The notes beneath the pieces were generated by a model. It did not search any database. It had not been told where the DNA came from and saw nothing but the letters and a program-made list of their open reading frames with translations. From Macrostomum hystrix (Eukaryota > Animalia > Platyhelminthes), in the NCBI GenBank assembly GCA_950097015.1, contig CATNEN010000038.1, positions 14,012,001-14,076,000 of the forward strand: DNA of 64,000 nucleotides. Reading direction: 5' to 3'. The translations under genes and the position numbers were made by a program. Shown in pieces: positions 25,588-36,245 of this stretch; within the stretch, counting starts at the first letter, position 1; the number at the start of each line of letters is the position of its first letter.

Positions 25588-25636
25588 TTTTATAGGGCTA
25601 ATTTAGGGAGACGTGGCGGTCTAACCGCCAGCCAAT
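25588..25636 (-). promoter_or_regulatory. Putative Pol II core promoter of the antisense gene (TATAAAA 25594-25588; CCAAT 25632-25636)
   Basis: Consensus TATA on the minus strand ~180 nt upstream of the ATG, no intervening ATG, CCAAT box ~40 nt further upstream. Confidence 0.65.
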
Positions 25637-26367
25637 GGGAGCAAAGTGGGAATTCCGGGCAGAACCAGTTTAGGGGGCTCATGGTAACAGTTTAGTTGTT
25701 GGGGCCCTGACCTTTTCGGTGAGGAGACACCTCGGCCGGCAACAGCATCACAAGCGGCCTGAGCAGCGGTTTCCCCAGCTGCGACCAGCTGCAGCGCCGA
25801 TTGGGCCGCGCGCAACGGCTAGGCAACCGGCCCGACGAGAATTTTCGGGCCCGGCCAGCTGAAAACACCTGGGCGCGCGGCGAATCAGAGGCTACCACGG
25901 CCCGGCAACGGAATCGGGAAGGCGCGAACGGACCAACCAACCCGGAGCCACCTGGGGAAGAGCACGGCCGGACCCTCGGACTTAAGGAGAAAACGGCCGG
26001 AGCCTCCCGGGATTGCGCAACCGAGACCAAGCCGGGCAGGGAAAGACGGGGACAGCTGCAGCCACCTGGAGGAGAAGGCGAATCGGGACACGGCACCCCG
26101 GGACAGCGAGAACAACTCTAACTCAGCCGGAATGCGCACCCACCTCCCCTCAGGACTCTATCCCTTAGTTGCTAGGGGCGCCGACCTTTACACTCTCGCA
26201 CACAATCTATTTATAGCAGTATTGTTACGTACGATGACCTAGGATTTCTTCTCTAGCGGATTTCTTCTTAAGGTTCTTTACGGTATACAGTAGGGTAATG
26301 TAAGTTTTTGCCCCCTCGATTCGCGGCACACCCCACTACTGACAGTAAGCACGTAAGTGCCTTACGT

Positions 26368-26387
26368 GAAAGTGAGCAAGGGCGGTG
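26368..26387 (+). promoter_or_regulatory. Imperfect polypurine tract
   Basis: GAAAGTGAGCAAGGGCGGTG immediately before the 3' LTR. Confidence 0.55.
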
Positions 26388-28744
26388 TGATGTGGAGTGT
26401 ACTTCGGAATCGAGTGGGGTTGTGAGCCAGCCAAATTTTTCCATTTTTAGCAAGTTAATAATCGCGACCCACATAGCAGCTGGCCGCAGAACACCATCAT
26501 TAATCTTAGGGCCAGACTTGGGGCGGAGGTGAATTAAGTAGCCGCCGATTCCCTTTGTCTCGGATCTGTCTAGTCCCCTGTAGGAGTGACTGATCGCGGA
26601 AATAGCAATACTGTATGGACTAGTTTAGGTTATAATTCCCCTCCAAACCGCGATCAGATTGTCGGGATCACTCATGCGTTTAGAGTGAGCTTTAATTCTT
26701 CATGTCCCTCTTCTTTACTGTAACCCGAGCCGAAGCTCGATTATGACCTTTCCCCCTTTAGATACATGTAACGACACTATAGGCAGGTCGGCGCCTGCGC
26801 TTCCCATATCCCGGCGGGATCACAATCATTGGCCGACTGCCGGCAGACGCTCCTAGTGGGGCATCTGGCGATTCTCGCCGCCGCTTTAGTGGGCAATTGG
26901 GGTGGCATTATGCCGACCCGATTCCTCGCTGACAGGCCGGCGAGCATGTGGGTTATTTTGATGAATGCGGGGTTGGCGGAGCTGCAGGACTATTTAAGAG
27001 AGCGCGCTGCGCTGCCCCTAGGACAACCTTTTTCTTTACCTTCCTTTTTCCTCTTTCCGGGAGCCTTTCCCGGCGACTTCCCTGCTCACCTTTTTCCCTT
27101 GTCCGGTCCCGGAACTCGGTCCGTGGACTCTCCCCCGTCTAGGCTAGCACCTAGTCCCTGAGCCTAAGGCTCCAGATCGTAGCAGCAGGCAACTACCTGC
27201 TAGTGCCCTTAAGCGCAAGCCACCTCCTTAGGTGCGCTCCAAATTGAGCCTTGAGCTCCCTGCAGTCTGGCCCCTTGCCAACTGTACTTAGCAATTCCCC
27301 ACCTTTCTCCCGTTCATTTGCATTCCCCGCGAGATCGACGGCCTGCAGCCTGTCAACCAGCGTATTCAGATAAGTAACCCGCGCAGCGGACTTTTATCGT
27401 TATCCCTAAGGGATTTATTACCTAGCTAGTGGGCAATCGGGGCGAGGGCAGAGATTTGTTTTTAGCCTAATAAACTATTATTCATCTTAGTCGCCAATCA
27501 TTTAACTATTAGGCAATTTAGTAACAATTTAAATCACTTTCTATCATGCTGTTATTTCCCCTTTATTTTCTCATTAGACAGCCCTCAATCATGAGTGGCT
27601 AATTCACTAGGGGAATGGGCTCTGGCGAGGCCGAGCTGAAAGCTGCGGCAAGAAGGCTACTGTGAGCGCGCATGAGAGTAATATGGAGCTAGGGATTTGC
27701 GAGCTAAATGCGGGATGTAGCGTGTGCATTTCTGCCTACGAGGTGGGGGATTCCTTGGCCGGCTTTCCTCACTCTCTCGGCGGGTTCCAGTGTATGCGTC
27801 AAGTTCCTTTGCCAATTTGAATTCTCCCTCTTTTCCCCGCCTTTCGCAACCGCGGCCATGGGAGCGAGAGGCGTGATCTAATAATTTCCTGCTTGCATAA
27901 TCACTCAGCCAGTGTTCAGCTTAATCTCTCCTGCCTCTGTTCTCCTCAACTCACACAGAATCGGCTTGCTAGTTATCTAATGAGTAGGCTGCAGTCTAAT
28001 GTACGGAATGTGTCTAATGTCTCATGAGTAGGATCCTGGCTATGGATTTCTCATTCGGGTTCGGAGTACCACCTTTCTAGACCACTGTAGCGCAGTTTCA
28101 GGAATCCCCTTGTGAGGCGTGACTCGATCCATTCTGGGGTTCTCGCCCTAGTCTAAAACGGAAGTTACAGAATGCTCTATTTTTCGGCTTGTCTAAGATC
28201 TGTGTGACAAACTGGGAGCTGCGAGCTCCGGGGACCCAAGTTCCCAAATGTCTGCGGTGGCAACGTAGGCGCATTGGGTGGTGGCGCTACCTTCGATCAT
28301 TATCCGCTTTGCCGATAGCCTTTCCGCATTTCTAAGACAAGAGCCTAGGCCGAGTCGACCACTGCTACCAAAGTTAGGAGTCAGTTACGAACATGCTACT
28401 GATGACAGTAGGCTATCTAGCCCTGTCCTATTCGCTTGCGGGTAGTCCGACATCTATTTAGACTTTTAGCCGGTTTCGAGCACTGCTTGGGGTGGGCACG
28501 GCAGTCATGCCTGTGGCCTATGGGTTGGGTGGGACTGGCCAGCCTGAGGCCAATAGGACCACTCACTTGCATCCTTTGTACCGCCTCATCTCTCCCTTCA
28601 TCTCTCCCTTCATCCCTCCCTTCGTCATCCCTCTCTGCGACAACTCGCGGCAGCAGCGATCGACCTCCGACTCTATCGTCGTTTCCCACACTCCTATCTT
28701 TCATGAGGGCGGTCATCGGCTAGCAAAAGACCCGCACTATTTCA
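26388..28744 (+). repeat. 3' LTR (2357 bp)
   Basis: Same length as the 5' LTR; the translated LTR ORFs match within the LTR and spot checks showed no mismatch. Confidence 0.97.
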
Positions 28745-29290
28745 AGGATTATTAACATGGGTTAATCAACCAGAGACCTTATTAGGTATGAATTATTATA
28801 GTCTGTGTATTAATATATGTTATTAAAATGTGTTAATATATTAACAAAATAGAGTTAGCTAGCCAAAAAAATCTGGCCTACGGGTTACTTGTCAGGTTTG
28901 TACAATAAAAACACCATACATTTTACTTTTATCGGAAAGTACAAGAAAGTGCATCGATGGCTTGCAAAATTAATCAGTGCAGCATTTTAACCATGGATTT
29001 GTGCATGACGGACCTAGACCAGAAAGCATCTATAGATAAAAACTGGTGTTTAGATTCCTACCCGGTGTTGTTAGGAACTTGTAGATTACAAAATGGAATG
29101 TCTGCTTGAGATTATGAATTCATCCTCTTAGTTAATCAAGCAAAACGATCACTTTATAAAACTGCTTCGAAAATTTACAAGTTATTGAAAATAATTAATC
29201 AAGCAGATGAAACCAATGAGAGTTCATGATACACTACTATAAGTAGAGATCTTCATTCAAAATAGTCAAGACAAGCACACAGCGGCAGAC

Positions 29291-31892
29291 TTAGACTCTG
29301 GTTGTGGAACTGTTGCTTTTCGAGCTTCGGCTTCCGCCACCGCTGCCGCCTCCAGCTCTTCGGCACAGCACTTGCCCGATGGCTGAGAAACAGGCGCCCA
29401 GCGTCCACTGACCGGGCTTGCCAGATGGCGGGGCTGTCGCGGCCGGGCGAGCCAGAATCAGCGGCTCCTCTTGGGCCGACGCTGGCACAGGTGCACGTAG
29501 CACACGCAGTCGGTCGAACACCTCTTCGAAGGCTTCGTCGACTCCTTCGCCGGTGCGAGCGGAGGCCTCCACGCAAGCGTGCAGTCCGTGCCGAGCGGCG
29601 AACGCGGCGGCCTCCTCTGGCGAGACCTGCGGTCGCGAGGAGCTAGCAGGTAACTCATACGGACATCAAGATCCCATTCTGACATCAAGATCCCATTCTG
29701 ACATCAAGATCCCATTCTGACATCAAGATCCCATTCTGACATCAAGATCCCATTCTGACATCAAGATCCCATTCTGACATCAAGATCCCATTCTGACATC
29801 AAGATCCCATTCTGACATCAAGATCCCATTCTGACATCAAGATCCCATTCTGACATCAAGATCCCATTCTGACATCAAGATCCCATTCTGACATCAAGAT
29901 CCCATTCTGACATCAAGATCCCATTCTGACATCAAGATCCCAGTCTGACATCAAGATCCCATTCTAACATCAAGATCCCATTCTGACATCAGGATCCCAT
30001 TCTAACATAAAGATCCCATTCTGACATAAAGATCCCATTCTGACATGAAGATCCCATTCTAACATCAGGGTCCCATTCTGACATCAAGATCCCATTCTAA
30101 CATCAAGATCCCATTCTAACATCAGGATCCCATTCTGACATCAAGATCCCATTGTGTCATACACTCTCACCTGTCTCTCATTGGCGGCACAGTCAGCCTT
30201 GGCACCGACCAGCACAATGATGATGTCAGCAGGCGCATCCTCCCTTAAAGCTGGCAACCAATCAGAACCTGCCGCGGTCAACGAATCCTTATTGGCTACG
30301 TCGTAGATCAATAGGGCGGCTCGGGCGCCGGACAAATAGCCCCGGACAATGTGCCGGAAGCGCTGATGACCGCTCGCGTCCCAGATTGAAGGCTTAAAAT
30401 TGATAGATTTGTTGTTATAGATTTAGTTTGGCAAATTAAACAGTCTGGAATTTCAGCCTTTCTACTTGTCTCACATCTGGCACACCCACCTTTGGCAAGC
30501 GAAAGCTTTTTAAATTAGGTCAATTTAGCCAAATAAGCCGGTGTTGCAGGCACACGCACGATTATAAACCACTGACTAAAAAAACGCAGGCCCAAAAAAC
30601 CAGATTGTACCAGTTAATCATGCAAGGTTAATCAAGCATTCTTTAATCTACAAGTCATTATATGTAGCTAGAGTTGAACACTGACTCAAAGACCTAAGGA
30701 GCCAATTAGGTGTTTTAAATCACTTTCGCTCTGTCGTTTGCTTCGTCTAGCTAAGAAAATTGTTGACGCAATTGTTTCCTATAATAGATTAGGCATCTGA
30801 ATTGGCTATAGGTAGCAGTAGCAGATTTTATAAATTAGCACGATGGCCTGCAGTACATAATAGCCTATATATTAGCCATGGAGCTAGATGATAATAGCCT
30901 GAGGTTAGAATAAATGCGATAACAGTGACTCAAGACTCAAGGGTGCAGGATTATGAGATTGGTGCAATTAGCTAGGTCACCAAAGATATTATCACAGCTA
31001 TAGAACTCAAAGTTCTGTGTGTTTAGGAAATCTAGAAAATTGGAATGAGAGTAAATAAAAGGGGGAGAATAGATGAGAGGGAGAGTAGACGAGAGGGGTA
31101 GATGAGAGCGGAGTGGATAGGTGAGAGGGGGAGAGTAGATAAGAGGGGAGAGTAGATGAGAGGGGAGTATAGACAAGACGGGAGAGTAGATGAGAGGGGA
31201 GAGTAGATGAGAGGGGAGAGTAGATGAGAGGGGAGAGTGATAGGGGAGATTAGTTGAGAGGGGAGTAGATGAGAGGGGAGTAGATGAGAGGGGAGTAGAT
31301 GAGACGGGAGAGTAGATGAGAGGGGAGAGTAGATGAGAGGGGAGAGTAGATGAGAGGGGAGAGTGATAGGGGAGAGTAGTTGAGAGGGGAGTAGATGAGA
31401 GGGGAGTAGATGAGACGGGAGAGTAGATGAGAGGGGAGAGTAGATGAGAGGGGAGAGTAGATGAGAGGGGAGAGTGATAGGGGAGAGTAGTTGAGAGGGG
31501 AGTAGATGAGAGGGGAGTAGATGAGACGGGAGAGTAGATGAGAGGGGAGAGTAGATAAAAGGGGAGAGTAGATGAGAGGGGAGAGTGATAGGGGAGAGTA
31601 GATGAGAGGAGACAGCAGAAGTGTTGGATAATGACTGGTGCATCTTAAATGATGGATATTGCAGGATAATAAAAGGAGCTAGCTGCATTGGCTGGCTGAC
31701 GAATTAGCATGGATCTGTCACCTTCAAGCCGTCCGGCTGCTCAGCTAGGAAAATGACATCGATGCCAACTGTGGCCAGACAGTTGGGCTCAAACACGTGA
31801 TCCACGTAGCGGCTAATTAAGCTAGACTTGCCGCAGCCCTGGGCGCCGGCAACAATCACCGCCGGTCCGCGTTGGTGCGCGTTTAGTGCCAT
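29291..31892 (-). CDS. Atypical Rab-like small GTPase, 3 exons (31892-31722, 30392-30171, 29626-29291), 242 aa
   Basis: G1 GAQGCGKS, G2 ATVGID, G3 WDASGHQRF, YLSGARAALLIYDV, G4 VLVGAKAD, G5 EASARTGEGVDEAF; both introns are phase-0 GT-AG. Confidence 0.88.
29662..30153. repeat. 19-bp minisatellite (GACATCAAGATCCCATTCT), Rab intron 2
   Basis: Tandem periodicity. Confidence 0.97.
31060..31610. repeat. Purine-rich 15-18-bp minisatellite (GAGTAGATGAGAGGGGA), Rab intron 1
   Basis: Tandem periodicity. Confidence 0.93.
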
Positions 31893-33185
31893 TGCTGCTA
31901 ACTTTTTGTATTACACTGAACTCGTATTAGCCGGGAACACAATGAAAAGTAAGCCAAATTGAGCTGCTTGAGCTGCAAATTGCGCAGAAAATAGCTTCTG
32001 AAGTCGAATGTGAAGAAACAAAGAACTGCTTTGTCTGCTTTCCATTTCCTGACTTATTACACACACGTGATTCATACTATATATATAATATATTGAGCTC
32101 TAGCTCCAGGTTTCAGGTTGTTTCCTTATTTCCCTTTCCTGTCTTGCCTCCAATTGGCTGGTTGGGTTTCGACGAGGTGGTCCAATTCTTGATGTGTGAA
32201 TGTACATTCTTCAAATAGGCTTTAGCCTTATGTACATTTAGCACTGTTCAACTGCTAGATAATGTCTAAAAATAGATTTATATGCGAAACAGTCGGCCCA
32301 CTCACAACGCGATAAGGGCAAGGAAGGGTAGAATTTAGACGCCAAATGTCTAAATTAGACAAACCCGCTTCTGTTCGAAGCAGATGGAGCCTAAAGAGAA
32401 TGCCCAGAAAATAACTTTGATGAAGTTTATTTTTAGGCTCTTAAGTATAGTTAAAGAAGCTGACTAACAATTTTAGTTTTACAAGGCTCTTGGAAACCTA
32501 CTTGGAATTAGGATCTGACACATCTTTTATGCTTCTATTTTTTGTTGTTGTTTTCCGTATGACCGTAAGAGGATGACAATGAACAGTTTGCCGTATGACC
32601 AATGCGATGGAGTGATGACTATAGCCTTCTCAACCACTAGATTCAGTGGTTTGGGACATGACCAGAATGACTAAATGAGGAGGCGAATTTAGCGCAAGCT
32701 TGGAGATAAGATTGGATATGACATTATTTTTTATTTCTTAAATCGATTACTTGATTGACTAAGGTGTATTTCCAGGTCTTTAGACCCACCGGCTACGATT
32801 CTAGCCCTTGAAAGGTATGCAATTAAAGAAAGTACAGAGCGTGCATTTTTTGGCAGTCGAACAAATTGTTTTGAAAAGTGCTGCTGCTTTCGCGTGTGTG
32901 GCGCCATTATGAGCAAGTTCATTTTTTGTCGTGTCGTGAGCAACTATAATATCGATATTGATCGATTGATCGCCTACTCAAGCAGCTCAGAGTTGATTCG
33001 GGACACACAACAATGTGAATTCCGGATAGAAAATTTGTGAGTCCCTTATTGATATTATATTTCATGCACACACATTGATTAAATCTCGTAAACTAACCTG
33101 CTCTTTGCTAAGAATTTTATATTACGAGTACATGGGCTATATGGCATTACGAGTAGTACGTATACGTGCTTTATATCGTCTAAAG

Positions 33186-33250
33186 CAGGGGTCGGCAAAC
33201 TCCGGCCCGCGGGCCAGATGCGGCCCTCGAAGCTCCCAAATCCGGCCCGT
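33186..33250 (+). mobile_element. 5' end of a hAT (Charlie/MER58-like) DNA element
   Basis: CAGGGGTCGGCAAACT..GGCCCGCGGGCCAGATGCGGCCC is typical of these termini and is preceded by GTCTAAAG (nnnTAnnn target style). No clean matching 3' TIR found. Confidence 0.6.
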
Positions 33251-33289
33251 TGCCCCTTCTGACATCTATACAGTGTCCTGTTTCATATC

Positions 33290-33710
33290 TCTCGTGTCTA
33301 ATCTCTCCCGTGTCTCATCGCTCTCGTGTCTAATCTCTCCTGTGTCTCATCTCTCCCGTGTCTCATCTCTCCTGTGTCTCATCGCTCTCGTGTCTAATCT
33401 CTCCCATGTCTCATCGCTCTCGTGTCTCATCTCTCCCGTGTCTCATCTCTCCCGTGTCTCATCTCTCCCGTGTCTCATCTCTCCTGTGTCTCATCTCTCC
33501 CGTGTCTCATCTCTCCCGTGTCTCATCTCTCCTGTGTCTCATCTCTCCTGTGTCTCATCTCTCCTGTGTCTCATCGCTCTCGTGTCTAATCTCTCCCATG
33601 TCTCATCGCTCTCGTGTCTCATCTCTCCCGTGTCTCATCTCTCCCGTGTCTCATCTCTCCCGTGTCGATCATCTCTCCCGTGTCTCATCTCACCCGTGTC
33701 TCATCTCTCC
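33290..33710. repeat. 18-bp minisatellite (GTGTCTCATCTCTCCC-type)
   Basis: Tandem periodicity. Confidence 0.93.
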
Positions 33711-35731
33711 CCTATCTTATATTTATACAGTCAATGCGGCCCGCTGTCGTCTTTTAGGTTTTTTGAAAATGAGCTGATGCTAAGTGAAGGTATATTCATA
33801 TTGTGCAACATGTAATTGACTGTCTTAAGTGTAAGTAAGTATATAATACATTTTTTATAGTATAAATTAATTACATTAATCTGGCTGATAATTTATCCTG
33901 CTAATAATTTATAAAATATTCAGCCCTGGCCTAGCTAGAGGCTACCTTTGCTCTCCCCAAGATGACTGTTTAAATGCGATTTCTTTGGATTTTAAGCTTA
34001 GTTGGATTGTTTGATTTTATCGACTGGAACGTTTGACAGTGTGGGCTAGTTTTATTTCCCGGCCGGAAAGGGAATCGGAAGGATATGATTTGCGCTAAAA
34101 ACATGAAAGAGCGCATCGTTTTGCGTTAACCGCCTCTTCTTGTTGACGTAGTCTTAGACAATACCTCGGCTCTTTCTGGGCAACCTTGATATTAACTGTC
34201 AAACCAATATTCCATTCCGCTAAACGTGTACCCTGCGTTGTGTTTCCCAATATTTCCGATATGACTCTCTCTGGTACTCAGTCTTTTTAAAAAGAACGTT
34301 TGGAAAGCGATAACGTTATCCAAGCTAATGGTAGCATATAGCTCGTTCGAATAAGAATATAATAAATTTCTTATTTTAAGCAACTAAGTAATCGCTTTTG
34401 ATTTTTTACTTCATTGGATTGAAAACGTCTAAAACGATGAAAACTACGAAAATTCGGAATGTTAGACGCAAGGTCCTCCTTTCCTAGAAATGTTTCAAAC
34501 AGAAACTTGCTGTAACTGTTTTAACATGAAACTTCAAATTAGTTTCAATATTACAGCTTTCCAAAACAGAATTCAGTTAATTATTATGTTTTTCTATTAT
34601 TTTGTCTTCAGTGAGCATAATGGCATGATCTTTAGAAAGCAAATTTCTTTCAAAACATCCGTCCACATATCTCCGTCCTAGCTCCGACTACAACATCAGT
34701 ATTTCAAATTTCGGGACCTGCCTAGCTTATCTGCATTCCTTACTCGTTTGTCACATGTCATCTCAAAATTTACATCAATACTTTGTTGTAGTGTTATTTT
34801 ATTAACAGCATCTTTTTAGTCGTAGTTTATTAGTTGCTAAGCCTTGTCTAATCTGATGTAAGACTAAGAAAAGAGACTGAAGAGTAAGAGTTATAATATG
34901 TAATTTAAATTAGTAGTGCCTAGGAAAAATTATATGACTGCAAAATTTTGCAGTGCAACCATTTTAATAGTTTGTTGGATAGGATTTATTTTTGGATCAA
35001 GCAAAATTAGAACAATAGATATAAAGAATTTTGTTGCAATCCTAGGATTTATAGGCCTATTTTGTGCTTTTTAGCATTGATTAAAATTGGGCTGGGGTTA
35101 GGCCCCTATAATATGAGATTGAATTGGTTTTGGCCTGGAGACCTAGGCAGCTATACCTTGATCCCTTAATGTCAAAACAAAAAACAGTAGACTTTCAGTT
35201 TGGTCACAAAATGGCCACATCACAAAATGGTGGGTCATAGTTAGAAAAAATAATCTGATCATGAATATTGAAAGCTCAAAAAACTATTTTCCTGATTTAT
35301 AGGCCCATTCAAGGTGACAAGTGGAAGGCCTAGGAAAGGAAAATCTAAATTAAAGAATCACTTGTTCTTACATTAGTGACACTTGGTTTTACTTTGCAAA
35401 GCAAAAGCAGGGCAAAGCAGCATAACATTTAACTTATTTATATATTTTTATTTTTATATTTATATTTTCATATTTTATATTTTACTTTATATTTACTTTA
35501 TTTACTTTATATACTTATTTACTTATATTTACTTTATATTATATGTTATATATTTATTTTCTGTTGCTCAAATGAATTATTTGAAAATATTACCAGTCAG
35601 AGGTGTCACAAAAATAATTTAATGTTAATGCTCATTTCTTTGAGTAGGGCCTAGCTATCAAAGTATACTTTATACTTTGTATTGATATCATATTGTCATA
35701 TTTTAAGGTATTGAATAATAATAATTGAATG

Positions 35732-35885
35732 ATTGATTACACCTGCCCCAATTGGGTCAGATGTGCAGCCGACAGCATAGCCGCAGCTAATGCGTGGCGC
35801 ATCTGAAGGCTGCGTACAGCTGTTCAGTCCACGGACTGGGGAGATGCCACACCCACCTTCAATTATCCCAGCTGATGCTGGTATT
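35732..35885 (-). mobile_element. Truncated SINE-like repeat copy
   Basis: ATTGATTACACCTGCCCCAATTGG.TCAGATGT.CAG...GCATCTGAAGGCTG is shared with 62666-62750. Confidence 0.6.
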
Positions 35886-36245
35886 AAGATATTGAGAAAT
35901 ATAGTTAGCCATAGGACTGACTTGTAGCTTTTTTAGATTTGTATGACCCTAGAAGAAATACAAGTTCTATGATTAAGCAAGGTAAAAATTATGCAAGTAT
36001 TGCAAGATTGTAAGTATTATTGCAAGTATAGAGAAATAAGGTAGCATGGTTTAGTTTTAAAGTGTATATCTTATGTAATGATCAAAATACTATCTGTTTA
36101 TTTGTAACATTGTGTAAGGTTATTTGTACAACTATTACTGATTATTAGGCCTACATAGCTGTACAAACATTTTAATAAATGCAAAACACAAAAATTTTTT
36201 TTACAGTTTTCTCGAGTCTTTTAGGCTAATCTGAATCAGCTGATC

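Larger units (their letters stand above)
15686..28744 (+). mobile_element. Full-length Ty3/Gypsy LTR retrotransposon, 13059 bp, recent insertion
   Basis: Two TG...CA LTRs at constant offset 10702; 4-bp TSD AGGA (15682-15685 and 28745-28748); PBS; RT-RH-IN domain order. Confidence 0.97.

Noticed and set aside
25692-26139. GC-rich overlapping ORFs in the element's 3' region
   Set aside because: Non-ATG starts and low-complexity products; the region looks regulatory (E-box cluster).
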